A stretch of 39,656 nucleotides of DNA from Mitosporidium daphniae (GCF_000760515.2 NW_013546423.1:1-39656), one strand, 5' to 3'. Positions 12,301 through 24,354 are shown, counted from the stretch's first letter. The notes: a model not told the origin generated them from the letters alone. Translations and numbers: made by a program.

Positions 12301-13263
12301 ACCATTCTTTCTTCGACCGATTTTAATGAGCATGTTGAAAAAATCTTTGACGACACCGAATCGCTTTCAGGATTCATCAAGAACTCCCTATCCGATATCA
12401 ATCCAGAGGCCTTTACCACAGCCATCAGCGATTTATTGTCCGATGACACACTTTCTTGGATAGAGGTGATAGATGCTCGAATAAGCTCCAAACCTCATTC
12501 TCCAAAGCAGGCCATTGATCTCTTCCTGTCCGTTGTTGATGCCAAAATATCCACTATGATCCATGAAATTTTCCTCACTCTCAAAGCCAACAATCAAAAT
12601 CCGGTACCGCTTCCCGTACTGCTGGCAAAGGTTTTGAAAAGAATTTCAAACGCCGTTTTTCTCTTCAGCTTTGGAATATTTAAGGCCGTTCGTTGCCAGC
12701 CAGACTCGGAACATGGCTCTCATTTGGATTGCAAATCCCATTCTAGATATCAGATACCAGTATCTTCAATTCCGGCACCCACGTCTTCTTCGTCCATGCT
12801 CAACGAGCGCGTGCAGGCTTTAGAAATTGCCCTGCGTACTGCAGAAGACGAGAAAAAAGTGCTTCTTAGAGAGTCGGCGCAAAACTTGGCAAGAGTTGCA
12901 TCTCTTTCAAACGAGCTTTCGATGCGTTCGGAGAGCAAATCAGCTGCATATTGGAAAGAGAGGTGCCGATTTGAGCTGGACCATCGATCTGACCTTGTGT
13001 TCCAAAAAAGATATCTTGTGCTTGAAGTTACTTGCCTGCGATCCAACGAGCTACTTTTGCTGTCTTTGTTAGATCAATTGAGCGAATCCATCCCCAATGG
13101 TGTGCTATCGCCAACCCCAGGTCTGATGTCCCCCACAAGGGCATCGACAAAAATTACAGTATCCTCATTTCNGGTCATTGCAAGGTCTGTGTTGGCTTGC
13201 ATTCGTTGGCAGCTGCTTATTCGTCGACGCTCTCGGCTCATGGCTACTGCACTGGCGCGGTAG
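9324..13263 (+). CDS. Large coiled-coil protein with C-terminal PACT domain (Pcp1/Spc110/pericentrin-like MTOC scaffold)
   Basis: About 1280 aa, E/K/Q/L-rich coiled coil. The C-terminus HRSDLVFQKRYLVLEV...FxVIARSVLACIRWQLL matches the PACT pattern (R.dLvyQKrYL...F......vlA..Rm..l). ATG 9324 plus an 85-nt intron (9433-9517) joins in frame to the long ORF. One N at 13172. Confidence 0.8.
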
Positions 13264-13381
13264 GCTCTCCCAGTGACGCCATAAATTTGACTATATCAAC
13301 TGACTTGCAATTGGCCGCTTTTCGCCCATAAGATTAGGGGTCATTTTTGTACTGTGCCTACAATTTATTTTAAAATATTTC

Positions 13382-16300
13382 CTAAAAGTGCTCTACCGAA
13401 AACACCCAAAGCCCGGTGGTTTCTTCGTAAGAGAGGAACGTGGTTCCTGGAACCGATCGCAGTTTCTTTACAAATGCATCTAGGACTGAAGATTCGTGGA
13501 TCTGGTTATCTGAGTCATGGGATCTCCGCGGATAGCATCCCTCAAGCCTAATACGTGCCGGAAGATTAAAACCAATATTTACTGGCGGCTTTTCCATACC
13601 CTCGGGATATATAGTAATCGATCGAGGCCCAAATGATACAATCGGATTGTTTTCATTTCCCTCATCATCATCATCTTCTTCTAAATGTGTATCTGCAGAA
13701 GAAACGGCCTCTTTCCCGAACAACCGAAGAACAAATGATTTTTCGTCTGTGACGGGCAGGAACGACGCGATGTCTACTACAGGGGACAAAAAAGAGACAT
13801 CTCCAAAATGTTTTCGACCTAAAAGAAATTCCTTGATCGTAAGAGGGACCTTCGAATTTATACAAGCTGCAATGATCTCCGTCACAGGTGGTGATATATA
13901 GAAGCCGCCAGGAAGTGATTGCACCCTGCTTCTGGACCCACTTAGGACGCTTTCTTGAGAATTATCGAAATTAAGATGTTCAGGAGGAGAGCCCTGAGTA
14001 CCGAGAACATGGAAATCCCCCAAATTTCCGTTCTTTTCGAGGCTATTGCGGTTTTCGGCGTTAAACCGGTTTGTAATGCTCGGGGTAAAGTCTTTGCGGT
14101 CTTCATTAAAATCAACTACAAGTGTCTTCAATGACTTTTTAACGGAAAGCAAAGGAAACAAAGATGGCAGATTTGGGTGTAATTGCCTAAGTGTATTGCT
14201 GGAGATCAGCGAAACCTTTCCAGAGCCATTTAGATTGGGAAAGGCTAAAGACTGTTGGTTGAGGCTTGAGGATGTTGACTGTTGAGTAAGACTTGACGAT
14301 GTTAACGGCTGAGAAAGACATGATTTTCCGAGCTTCGACTGCATGCCTATTGAGGAGGTCGCTTTTGGCATTGATGTGGTTGTTAATAAAGGGGTTGAGG
14401 CTGTCGGTGTTGGTGGCGCATCAAGCCAGGGGTGCCGACCAAATTGGGCTGATGCTTTAGGTGTCATGTTAGCAGCCCCAGGTGTCTGAAGAGACACTGG
14501 AGTGCCTCCAGTGGCAGAAGACATCATTGCCGGCGTTGACCATGGTTGGGTAAATGGTGTCAATGGAGCAGTACCACTGGTTGTCAAAGGACGATTATTT
14601 GTTGATGTAAATGAAGGTAGACTTGACGGTTGGCCTGAGGCCCCTGAAGGTTGTAATTGGAAGGAAAATGTTGATGGAGCAGGTGTGGTGCTAGGTGCTG
14701 CAGTTACAGGAGCTCCCAATGACGCCATTCCTGGAGCATTCAAAGAAGAAGTCATAGTGCTTGTTGGTTGTTGTGGCTGAGAAAATAAAGATCCAGAGGA
14801 TGGCATCTGGTTCTGGAAAAATGAGCCTCCAGTTCCTAATGTGGATGGTGTGGTTGCTGTGGCGGACGAGGGCTGTTGTTGTCCAGCCCCAAACAATGTA
14901 GACCCAAGGAACGAGGATGCAGTTTGTTGAGGTTGTGTTTGCGGCTGGGGCTGTGGCTGTGTTTGCTGTCCAAACATCCCTCCAGTACCGAGTGTCGATG
15001 AGGTAAATGGGGTGGTGGTAGCAAATGAGGACGGTGCGGTTGCTGCGGGCGCAGATGTGGTGGGAAATGAACCAAATATTGAGCTAGAAGTATTCGTTGG
15101 CTGGAACGGTGTCGGTTGAAAGACGGTATTGCCTCCAGGTTGCAGAGGGGCAGTTGAAAATGGCGTGGTAGATGTAGATGATGCTGATGGAAACATCGAG
15201 CCGGTCGTGTTAGCTGAAGAAGCAGGCTGGGATGCAGTTCCAAATATTGACGTTGTTGGTTGAGTGGCAGCTGCTCCAAACATAGATGTATTTGCAAAAG
15301 GTTGATTAGATGAAGTAGATCCGAAGCCAGAAGTAGTTCCAAAGCCAGAAGAGGGCGCCCCAACGCCAAAGGGAGATGGAGTAGATCCAATACCAAACGG
15401 CGTAGTGGCCGTAGGGGTTGTTACGCCTGGAGATCCGTAACCAGGCGCCTTCCTACCACGATGATAGTCTTCAAGGCGAAGCTCTTCAACCGATTTTGAG
15501 ATATATGCAGGCATCGCCGATATGCTTTGCAGATGCAGTGTAGTTTGATTATCGGTATCAGTTGTAGTTGTGTATGGCGGGTTTCCAGTCCCAAGAGAAG
15601 GGGTTGCCCCAAAAGGAAGCGAAGAGGTAGAACTGCCAAAAGAAAGGTTAGTTGTCTGCTGCGGTTGGAACTGAGATGGTTGTGTACCAGAGGTTGAGGA
15701 CCCAAAAAGCCCGGCACCGCTACCAAAAGATTGCGTTTGGCCTGCAAACGAAGTTTGGGGTGCTGCATTCCCAAATACACTACCCGAAGATGTCATCGAA
15801 GAGCCAAAAAGAGAAGGTTGCACTGAAGATGACATGGTCGTTCCACCGTTAAATGCGGACGAGCCAAACTGGGTTGAGGATGTGGTTCCAAATGGCGTCG
15901 GTTGTTGAAATGTCGATGATGACGATGACGTTGAGGATGTTGGTTGAGAAAAAGACGATGTTGATGAAGCTGGCTGAGAAAAAGACGATGATGCTGTCGG
16001 CTGAGAAAAGGTCGTGCCAAATGCTGGAGTATTTCCAGACACTTGAAAAATAGAGCTGGACCCGGATCCCGGGGCGCTAGGTGTCGTAGAAGATGCTGGA
16101 AAAGCAGATCCAAAAGAGGGCGCAGAGCCGAAAATACTGCTCCCAGGAAATGTGGAAGATGGCGCAACGTTTGATGTTGCACCAAATGCAGAACTTGGGG
16201 CGGTCCCTGAGGAAGCATTCATTCCAAAGAGAGACGGCGTTGTAGTAGACGTGGATGCCGTTCCAAACAGCGAGGTTGGCGCCGCAGCTGAAGACGAAGA

Positions 16301-16738
16301 GCCCCCAAACAATGATGTTTGGGTCGTATTTGAGGAAGACCCACCAAACAGCGAACTCGATGGTGCTGCTGAGCCAAAGGAGCCAGATCCGAAAGAAGGG
16401 TTGGCGGTGGCCGAAGTTGCCGGTTGTGCAGCGAGGGTAGCTCCGGCTCCCCCAAATGAGGGGTTAGATGATTGGAATGCAGAGCCAAACGGGTTTGTTG
16501 CTGTGGCCGTCGTTGTAGCTGGCGATGGCGACACGCCAAATAAATTGCTTTGCTGGCCACTGGCGGCAGTGGACCCAAACGCACCCGTGGACCCACCAAA
16601 TAGGGAAGTGCTGACGGGTTGCTGTGAGTTAAAGGGGACAATTGCACCGGTGTTTGGTGTAAGTCCAGTGGTCGCTGCTTGTGCCGTTGCGTTTGCCGAC
16701 TGGGGCTGGGCTGACCTGGAAAAGGGGTTATTGAACAT
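13382..16738 (-). CDS. NUP98: FG-nucleoporin Nup98 (Nup145N/Nup116-type) without a fused Nup96
   Basis: Many SLFG/xxFG repeats, a GLEBS motif (GTGNPPY...LQSISAMPAYISKSVEELRLEDY) and a C-terminal autoproteolytic domain (FGDVSFL, KPPVNIGFNLPARIRL, GLWVFSVEHF-TAG). First ATG at 16738. Confidence 0.93.
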   Translation of the reverse strand: MFNNPFSRSAQPQSANATAQAATTGLTPNTGAIVPFNSQQPVSTSLFGGSTGAFGSTAASGQQSNLFGVSPSPATTTATATNPFGSAFQSSNPSFGGAGATLAAQPATSATANPSFGSGSFGSAAPSSSLFGGSSSNTTQTSLFGGSSSSAAAPTSLFGTASTSTTTPSLFGMNASSGTAPSSAFGATSNVAPSSTFPGSSIFGSAPSFGSAFPASSTTPSAPGSGSSSIFQVSGNTPAFGTTFSQPTASSSFSQPASSTSSFSQPTSSTSSSSSTFQQPTPFGTTSSTQFGSSAFNGGTTMSSSVQPSLFGSSMTSSGSVFGNAAPQTSFAGQTQSFGSGAGLFGSSTSGTQPSQFQPQQTTNLSFGSSTSSLPFGATPSLGTGNPPYTTTTDTDNQTTLHLQSISAMPAYISKSVEELRLEDYHRGRKAPGYGSPGVTTPTATTPFGIGSTPSPFGVGAPSSGFGTTSGFGSTSSNQPFANTSMFGAAATQPTTSIFGTASQPASSANTTGSMFPSASSTSTTPFSTAPLQPGGNTVFQPTPFQPTNTSSSIFGSFPTTSAPAATAPSSFATTTPFTSSTLGTGGMFGQQTQPQPQPQTQPQQTASSFLGSTLFGAGQQQPSSATATTPSTLGTGGSFFQNQMPSSGSLFSQPQQPTSTMTSSLNAPGMASLGAPVTAAPSTTPAPSTFSFQLQPSGASGQPSSLPSFTSTNNRPLTTSGTAPLTPFTQPWSTPAMMSSATGGTPVSLQTPGAANMTPKASAQFGRHPWLDAPPTPTASTPLLTTTSMPKATSSIGMQSKLGKSCLSQPLTSSSLTQQSTSSSLNQQSLAFPNLNGSGKVSLISSNTLRQLHPNLPSLFPLLSVKKSLKTLVVDFNEDRKDFTPSITNRFNAENRNSLEKNGNLGDFHVLGTQGSPPEHLNFDNSQESVLSGSRSRVQSLPGGFYISPPVTEIIAACINSKVPLTIKEFLLGRKHFGDVSFLSPVVDIASFLPVTDEKSFVLRLFGKEAVSSADTHLEEDDDDEGNENNPIVSFGPRSITIYPEGMEKPPVNIGFNLPARIRLEGCYPRRSHDSDNQIHESSVLDAFVKKLRSVPGTTFLSYEETTGLWVFSVEHF

Positions 16739-16860
16739 TGGATAAAAATTTGTGATCTGCAAGTTAACAATTAAAATTTGGGAATATTTATTTATCCCGT
16801 GTTTCTCACTACAATTACACGTCTTGTCAACTGGAGGTGTAAATTTTACAAATCTTCCAC

Positions 16861-18580
16861 ATGACGCCTTCGTTTACGCCGTCGCCTAGATCGTCGCCAT
16901 TGTCGTCTCCCTCGCCCCAGGCATCCCCAAGAGTTCAGACTGCCCACAGACATGCGTCTTTTGACATAGAGGAGCAGGTCTCTCCGGCCTCTTCAGGGAT
17001 CATATCCCTCGGTGACTCCATGAAGAGCATGTTCGTTGATGCTTTGTTTGGGGCAAAATCAACGCTTGATGCTGCCTTTATCAATAGCACGGCGTTTCTC
17101 AGCGCCGGCCCAAAGATTATCATTCCCAAAGGCCAACCGCGGCAAATAAGAGATGACTCGCCGCTGTCGAGTTCGCTCAAGGGCGGATATTCGGGATCTG
17201 CCTCGTCAGTATCAAGGGGCTCGAGCTTGTCGTCCCTATCAAGCACGTCAACCTCTCCTTCCCGCGAGGACATCTTCATGCCCTCCTACCCTGCGCAACT
17301 ACTTTGGTTTTCTCCACTGGAGGTTTTGGACTATTGCACCAAAAGCGTTGTTATGATGGCACCTGCCAATTCTTCGACAAGCCAATTTTCTCGCCTCAAT
17401 TATTTTGACGAAGTCAATTTTTACCGGTTTTCATTGATGTTAAATGCCGAGGACGGCATTGGCGACTGGATTTCGCAGCTGATTGACACGTAATTTATTT
17501 GCATATCATCTGGTCATCATAGGTTCGTAGATGATTACTTTTGCCAAAATTACCGGAAACGAATCGAGTCCTCCTCGGTCTCTAGATCCATTTTTTCCTC
17601 TTGGTCGATGTTCCTTACCACGACGCAAAGCATGGGCAGGGAGAAAGCACAAGCCATCGTTGACGGGGAAAGAAACATCACCAAAGACGCCATTTCCTTT
17701 TCTCGCTTTATTCAGGTATTGATTGCAATGCCTTATTGCCAGTTCTTGTGCTCCAAAGTGGATATGGAGCTGGTCGATTGGATTGAGCAGAACACATCGA
17801 TTGCATCGTTTCTATATGAAACAGACTCGTTGACGCAAGACGAGAAAAAGACCATTCTGATGGGCGAATGCTTTGAGCGTTTGATGGCAAATTTGGTGTA
17901 TAACATGTACGGATTGCCCGATTTTACCAGCTAATCCACTATAGGTCCTTTAACTTGATCATCTCCAAAAAGTATCACAAGGAACAGCGGCAGTTTGAGC
18001 ATGGATTAAGGCAACGCCGCAGTTCAGAAGTCTGCATCAAGCACCAAAGTCCTCGAGCGCAATTTCTGTGGGAACGAGCATGTTCGTTGCTGGTAAGCCT
18101 TGAAAGGCTGCATTCCCCGTATGAAAAGATGAAAGCGATCTACTTTTCTTGCACTTATCTTCAGGAATGGGCTTTACTGTGTCCCGCCAACGGGAACGGA
18201 GCAGATGATTTCTTTCCTGCTCTAATTGCGCTCGCAGAGTCGGTAAAAGTCCCAAAATTGATTCTGCATTTGCGATACATTGAAGAGTATCGCTCGGTAC
18301 AGCCTGTAGATCGCGGGCTTATTGGTTACTATTTGACCTCCTTGAATGCGGCCCTTAGGTAGGTGGGAAATGATGACACAGTAGGTACATATCTGGATGT
18401 GCGGCTACCCATAACTCCGGGAACATCCCCAACATGATATCTGATGGTATTACGGCGATTGGCGACCAAATCAAAGGCTTGTTTTTTAAAAAAAAGACAC
18501 GGCCCCCCAAATTGTCCTCCTCATTACCAGTTTCCTCTTTATTGGATACTTCAACCATAGCAACGAAAACCAAACTTTAA
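16861..18580 (+). CDS. VPS9-domain protein (Rab5-family GEF), ~4 introns
   Basis: SPYEKMKAI, GADDFFPALI and GYYLTSLNAALR|YI motifs of the VPS9 domain, with a Ser-rich N-terminus. Ends ...ATKTKL-TAA. Confidence 0.82.
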
Positions 18581-18593
18581 TTTTTGATTTTTC

Positions 18594-21234
18594 ATGTCCA
18601 CTTGTTTCTGTGGCGCATCCTCACCTAGGGACTTTTATTCTCACACCTTTTTTTCGCCTTGCTTTGTGGAGACCACCATCACTTGTGTGTTCTTGGCGCC
18701 TCTTTTTGTTTTATTGCTTTTCTTTTCATTGAAATTTGACGTGAGAGATCTTTTCGCACCTAAAAGGGCAACGCTTGTTGATCCCTTCGAGAATGAAAGG
18801 GATGATTACATTGATAATGAGCTTGGCGACGATGAATTGGAGGAGCAATTTTTATTGAAGAGGCGCGTTTTAACCGAGCTGGACGCACTGGAAAAGGGAT
18901 TTTCGTGTCCCGCATCGCTTTCGCCCCTGCAAGGAGACAGTCCAGACTTGCATCGTATCAGAAGGATTTTGATGCTCGTTTTTTCCGGCATATTTTCGCT
19001 TTCCATGTTGGAGCTTTTTCTTTTTTATGTCAATCATTGGGTGATGCCAAGGTATCATCTGGCGCTTTTGATCGCCATTTTCGCCTCATCCCCCACATAT
19101 GGGCTGCTGATAAATTTTGCCATCAAGAACAACATTTTGTCAGTGCTCGCTTGGATTCGAAGGGTCTTTATTGGGATCAGCGTGTGGTCATTTGTTAATG
19201 TCGTTGTGCTGCTTATTTTGTATCCTATTAAGGGCCAGTTCATTGATATCTCAAAATACGGCGCTTATTGGAATCTTTATACCCTTTTCTTTTTCCTGGT
19301 TTTATCGGTTTTCTTTGGCTTTCTACACGATCTGCTTGAAAAGTGCACCTTGAACACATGTGTTAGCGAAACAAAGGGCTCCATTTCGCTGTACGATAAA
19401 ATCCTTTTCTTTTTGCCTTTCCTATGGCCTGCTGGCAATTGGAAATACAGGATGTATATCGTTTTCTCTTTGCTGTTCATTGCAGCCGGGAGACTCGTAA
19501 ACGTGATGGTTCCTGTTTTTTTCAAAATGCTCGTTGATTCCTTAAGGGAAGACAATCAGTTTCCGCTAAACCTTTCTGCCACCGCCTTTTTGGGTCTCTA
19601 TGTGGTCGGAAAACTGCTGCAAGGCAATGTTGGTATTATTTCGTCCATCCAAAAGCTGTTCTGGATCCCGGTTAGCCAGTGGTCCACTGAACATATTGCG
19701 GAAAAGGTTTTCTCGCACTTGCATGCACTTTCACATTCGTTTCATACATCGAGGAAAACCGGAGAAGTCATCAAAGAATTGGACAAGGGAATCACTTCTA
19801 TTGGCTCTCTTTTGAATTCGGTCATTTTTTCGATCGGGCCTACGCTAATTGATGTGGCGATTGCCGTTCTCTTTTTCATCATCACCTTTGACATTTGGTT
19901 TGGCCTGATTATCGTTTCCACGATGTTTCTGTTCATCTCGTTGACCATTGTCATAACTCGCTGGAGGGTTGGGTTTCGGCGACAAATGTCGAGCCTGGAT
20001 GCGCTTGTGTCTGGCAAGGCCGTTGATTCTCTTTTAAATTTCGAAACTGTTAAATATTTCAATGCAGAGCAATTTGAGATCGATTCGTACATCTCAACAT
20101 TGAGGCAATATCTGAAGGCCGACTGGACTTGCCAAACATCTTTGATTGTTCTGAACACGGCGCAAAATTCGCTGATTTCCATCGGGGCCCTTTTCATCGG
20201 CTCTTATCTGGCCATTCAAAGACTTGAGGAGAATGATCAGATGTCCGTGGGTGATCTTATCTTGTTCCTGACATATATTGGCCAGCTGTACATGCCTCTA
20301 AATTACCTTGGAACATATTACAGGATCATTCAACAGCATTACATTGACATGGAAAAGATAGTGGAGCTCCTAAAATTGCCTATTGAAATACAAGATGCTC
20401 CCGGGGCTTGTGCCCTTCAAATCGAAAGAGGCGAAATCGTCTTCGGTAAGCATTCCATTGCATATGCATGCTGATAATTTAGATAACGTGCACTTCAATT
20501 ATTTGGAGGTTCCCACCGACGGGACACGCGGACAGGAAGCATCTGGTTCCGAAATCGTGGCTCTTCAAGGCCTATCTTTTAGCGTCGCCCAGGGAAGCAC
20601 GGTGGCCCTGGTTGGCCTTTCAGGCGCCGGCAAGTCTACCATTTTAAAGCTTTTGTTCCGGTTTTACGACGTCCAAGGCCTTGGTTCGATTCGCATCGAC
20701 GGCCAAGACATACGGAATGTAACGTTGAAATCACTCAGAGAATCCATCGGCATCGTACCGCAAGATACGGTATTGTTTTACGATTCAATTGCTTACAACA
20801 TAAAATATGCCCAACAAGATGCCTCCCCATATGATATCAAGCGCGTTGCCAGTGCTGCGCTTCTGCATGAGGAGCTATTTTCACAAGGCTATCAAACAAA
20901 AGTCGGGGAGAGGGGCATCAGGCTCTCCGGCGGAGAAAAGCAGCGAATAGCCATAGCAAGAACCTTACTCAAGAATCCCAAAATAATTGTTCTAGATGAG
21001 GCAACCTCTTCGTTGGATTCGATCTCTGAACGCGCAATCCAGCTCCAGCTTGAAAAAATGTGTTCTGGACGCACAACGTTGATTATAGCACATCGCCTTT
21101 CAACGATCACACATGCCGACAAGATCATCGTGCTGAATGCTGGCCGAATCATCGAAGAAGGCACGCATTGCGAGCTTTTGGGCATGCCAAACGGCTTTTA
21201 TCGCTCAATGTGGCATGAACAGCACAAAATTTAA
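18594..21234 (+). CDS. HMT1: ABC half-transporter, HMT1/ABCB6 type (heavy-metal tolerance), 1 intron
   Basis: Extra N-terminal TM region, FH.SRKTGEV, DSLLNFETVKYF, Walker A GLSGAGKST, signature LSGGEKQR, Walker B IVLDEATS and HRLSTI. Intron 20446-20482 (37 nt). Confidence 0.9.
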
Positions 21235-21261
21235 AAATTAAATTCCAATTCTTTTTTTCCC

Positions 21262-21652
21262 ATGCACAAGGAAAAGGCCAAGATTCTGCACAACCACAAA
21301 TTCAAGCTGAAGCGGGAATTGGCGCAAGCAAAAAAAATATTCGGAATACCACAAGAGCCCGGCAATCATGCTGACGCTTTAAAAAATGTAAAGGATAACA
21401 ATAAAAAAGCAAAATCAGACCCGCTCTATGAGGCAAAGAAAAACTCTGACTTGAGACGGAGGGAAAAGCAGGTGGGGTTTGCAATAACTGACGATGTAGG
21501 AAATCCAGCACAAAAGAATCAAGCGGAAACAGGAGATTGAAGATGCAAACGTGCGAAGAACGGCATCGCATCTTCTATGCACATCGAGGACCAAAAAAGG
21601 CCAGCCAGTGATGCGGGACAGAATCAAGCATTTATTGGAAAAGTTACAGTGA
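21262..21652 (+). CDS. FYV7: rRNA-processing protein Fyv7/TAP26 (CCDC59) family, 1 intron
   Basis: Lys-rich. After a 28-nt intron it ends SRTKKGQPVMRDRIKHLLEKLQ-TGA, the family C-terminal TkkGQP.m..ri..LLeKi motif. Confidence 0.8.
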
Positions 21653-21711
21653 GGCCAAACAAAACGAGCGCACGCTGCTGCTCAAATAAAAGTTTAATAT
21701 TTAATCGGAGA

Positions 21712-22263
21712 TTAAAGCTGACCACAGTTGGCGATCACAACCTTGGGGCTGACGGAACCAGAGCTCGTGCCCAACTTTTCGATGCTTCGAACGACATCCA
21801 TTCCCTCGGTGACTTTTCCAAATACTACATGCTTTTCGTCAAGCCACGAGGTCTTTGCGGTGCAAATAAAAAACTGGGAGCCGTTGGTATTGGGTCCGGC
21901 ATTTGCCATGGAAAGGATGCCCGGGCCAGTGTGTTTCAACTCGAAGTTTTCGTCCTCAAACTTTTCGCCATAAATGGATTTACCGCCAGTGCCATTGCCT
22001 TTAGTAAAGTCGCCACCTTGACACATGAAGTTTGGGATAACGCGGTGAAAACAGGAGCCCTTGTATGAAAGCCCCGGTTTGTCGCCGATACAAAGAGCGC
22101 GGAAATTTTCGGCCGTCTTGGGAACCACATCTGCCCTCAACTCCATCACAATTCTTCCAAGCGGGTTTCCGCCAGCAGTAATATCGAAGAAAACGGTTGG
22201 ATTGGCCATTGGAAATGCTGCAGATGAAAAAAATGCTTTTCCGAAAGTCTTTAATCGGTTCAT
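21712..22263 (-). CDS. Cyclophilin (peptidyl-prolyl isomerase) with N-terminal mitochondrial-type presequence
   Basis: [53 protein letters not shown] and [13 protein letters not shown] 22263 ([18 protein letters not shown]) and a second in-frame ATG at 22209. Confidence 0.96.
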   Translation of the reverse strand: MNRLKTFGKAFFSSAAFPMANPTVFFDITAGGNPLGRIVMELRADVVPKTAENFRALCIGDKPGLSYKGSCFHRVIPNFMCQGGDFTKGNGTGGKSIYGEKFEDENFELKHTGPGILSMANAGPNTNGSQFFICTAKTSWLDEKHVVFGKVTEGMDVVRSIEKLGTSSGSVSPKVVIANCGQL

Positions 22264-22335
22264 GTGTGGAATATTCCTGATGTTTCCATTGAAGTTTACG
22301 TTTTGCAAAACTTTGTTTTTAAATGAAAGTTTTGC

Positions 22336-24318
22336 ATGGAAAATGCAGCTTTTGTTGACGATTTTTCATGCCTACTTGTGAGGCATTTTCCGAAATATAT
22401 TTTGGGGGCTTCTTCTTGTGGCAAAAATGGGCCAATAAATTTTGAAGACCTTTTGCTGATGGTCGAGGAGGCTACAGACAAGATGGTTTTGCACGTGTTG
22501 AATATATTGCGCATACTTTTCGCACCTGGAAAGCCGGTCGAGTTGGATGCTACGTGCCTGGTCAACACAGTTGAAAAGTATTTGCACTATTTGACTTCAA
22601 ATACTTTGATCGCAAACGGCCCCAAGCTACCTCGCCCTAAAGATTGCACTGCAATTGCCCGAGCATTGATTTGTGGCAACCAGGACTTGGCCTGTAGCTT
22701 GGGATGTGCTCTTTCTTTGGGCGATATATTGGATCCTATTCTTAATGAAAAGATCGATTTTTATAGGCTAGCTACGTATATCGTGAGTTCTCGCGCTGCT
22801 CCAAAATCTTCAATGCCTTTTTTTTCGTTTTTATCCAACGCCTACTTTGACGCACCAAAGAAAGTATCTGACATCGATGAGTCGTATTTTGTTGAGCTTG
22901 AATGGCCTGATATTTGCCTTGTTATTTTCAGACGATTTGCTGCGGTTTTCCAAAAGGAATCGAAAAGCGATATCGATTCGTACCAAGTTGTGTCGGCGAT
23001 TGTTTCCTTTTTTGACGTGCAAAATATGTACTCTGCAATCCTTTTGTATTACCTGCGAATCGCATACATTCTGAAACATCCCGATGAATCCTCGCGTCTT
23101 TGTCTGGTGAGAAAAATACCCTCGCCCATCAACAGGCTGTTGGATGATCAGCTTCTATTTGCAGCCGAAAATTCGCCTCAGATTTCCTTTGTATTTTTCC
23201 TTGTTACGCTTCAGGTGAGTCCGTTTGCTTATTCGGAAGCTCTGGCTTCGCCGCAGAGCCTGTTTTTCAGTGTCGTTTCAAACCAAAATATTTCAAGCGA
23301 TACCGTCACGTGTTTGATTCTTTATGGCTTTGTTAGCAGAATGCCGCTTCTCAATGCATTTTCAATCTCCGAGGAAGGCAAGCTTCTTTTCCTGCACTTG
23401 CCCGCTAGATTCGTTGTCGACGATACCCGTATCCGGCCATTTTTGCCGCAATTGGATCGCACTTGTTTGTTCAGAAACCTATTGGATGTTTTTTCGCCCT
23501 GTTTTGGCCTCTCTATTGATAAGCTCGAAAATGCTGCGCTCATTGAAATGCTTTGTAAGCCATTTTGTATGCAGCTTGCGGAGAAATATTACCGCCATGG
23601 TGCTGTCCATCTGCGTGAAGCCTTTTTGAAGCTGCCCAAGGAAGACTTTTGTTGTTTTGTGAAAGCATTCTCCGAATGTTCGATGGCCCTTTTTTTGATA
23701 TCAGAAGCCGTGTCGTCATGCACTCATGAGCTTAGCAACATCCAGATGTTTCTATTTTTGATTTCATCTACCATTCGACCGCCTATTTCTGAGCTGTGCT
23801 TACTTTCGCCATTTTTAAATCTACTGAAGGATATCATTGAGGCCATTGGCGGACCTAAAGCCGTTCCAAAGATTTTGTTTTTCTATCAACTGTTTTCGGC
23901 GTTCTATCCGCTTCTCGCATCTAAAGAAAACGAGGAGGAGGTTCGCCAGGGCAGCTCCAAGATCGAGTATGCCAAAACATTGGGGGTGCTTGAATATCTT
24001 GGCGTTGATATACCCTGTAGCCTACAAGCAGCCATAAATGTGGATAGCTATAGCGATTACATTTATCAGATAAAGAGATCAATTAAAGGGGCAATCCAGG
24101 ATTTGGAGCTATCCCATAATTATGAGGAGCCCGAGCACTTGGATCCCATTCCGATCGATATTTGTAATGCATGGGCCGGTCTTTTGGCGGAAAACAAAAT
24201 TCATTCGTCACCAACGGAAGCGCCAGCTTCTCATCTGTTTGATCACAACATTGACAGGCTTCTTCACAACGTCCCCTCGGACAAGGACTACAAGTACTAC
24301 CTTCTGAATTGTTTGTAA
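22336..24318 (+). CDS. Uncharacterised 660-aa Leu-rich, probably alpha-solenoid protein (weak resemblance to neurochondrin)
   Basis: Intact intronless 660-codon ORF with AT-rich flanks and AATAAA after the stop. The family assignment is tentative. Confidence 0.75.
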   Translation: MENAAFVDDFSCLLVRHFPKYILGASSCGKNGPINFEDLLLMVEEATDKMVLHVLNILRILFAPGKPVELDATCLVNTVEKYLHYLTSNTLIANGPKLPRPKDCTAIARALICGNQDLACSLGCALSLGDILDPILNEKIDFYRLATYIVSSRAAPKSSMPFFSFLSNAYFDAPKKVSDIDESYFVELEWPDICLVIFRRFAAVFQKESKSDIDSYQVVSAIVSFFDVQNMYSAILLYYLRIAYILKHPDESSRLCLVRKIPSPINRLLDDQLLFAAENSPQISFVFFLVTLQVSPFAYSEALASPQSLFFSVVSNQNISSDTVTCLILYGFVSRMPLLNAFSISEEGKLLFLHLPARFVVDDTRIRPFLPQLDRTCLFRNLLDVFSPCFGLSIDKLENAALIEMLCKPFCMQLAEKYYRHGAVHLREAFLKLPKEDFCCFVKAFSECSMALFLISEAVSSCTHELSNIQMFLFLISSTIRPPISELCLLSPFLNLLKDIIEAIGGPKAVPKILFFYQLFSAFYPLLASKENEEEVRQGSSKIEYAKTLGVLEYLGVDIPCSLQAAINVDSYSDYIYQIKRSIKGAIQDLELSHNYEEPEHLDPIPIDICNAWAGLLAENKIHSSPTEAPASHLFDHNIDRLLHNVPSDKDYKYYLLNCL

Positions 24319-24354
24319 CAAATAAAATTTAATGAGCTTTCAAATTAAAATAAC

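Noticed and set aside
13264..13381. Sm-site-like ATTTTTG in the PACT/Nup98 convergent spacer
   Set aside because: No U1, U2, U4 or U5 hallmark sequences are present, and the spacer is explained by two 3' UTRs.
14500..16770. Many alternative-frame and antisense ORFs over Nup98 and other long genes
   Set aside because: They are by-products of low-complexity Ser/Thr/Gly coding sequence and show no independent motifs.
21650..21700. Possible reassignment of TAG/TGA, since frames stay open briefly after such stops (FYV7, RBM39, SNAPC4, PACT gene)
   Set aside because: ORFs of 600-1277 codons contain no internal TAG or TGA, and several of these stops fall at family-typical C-termini.
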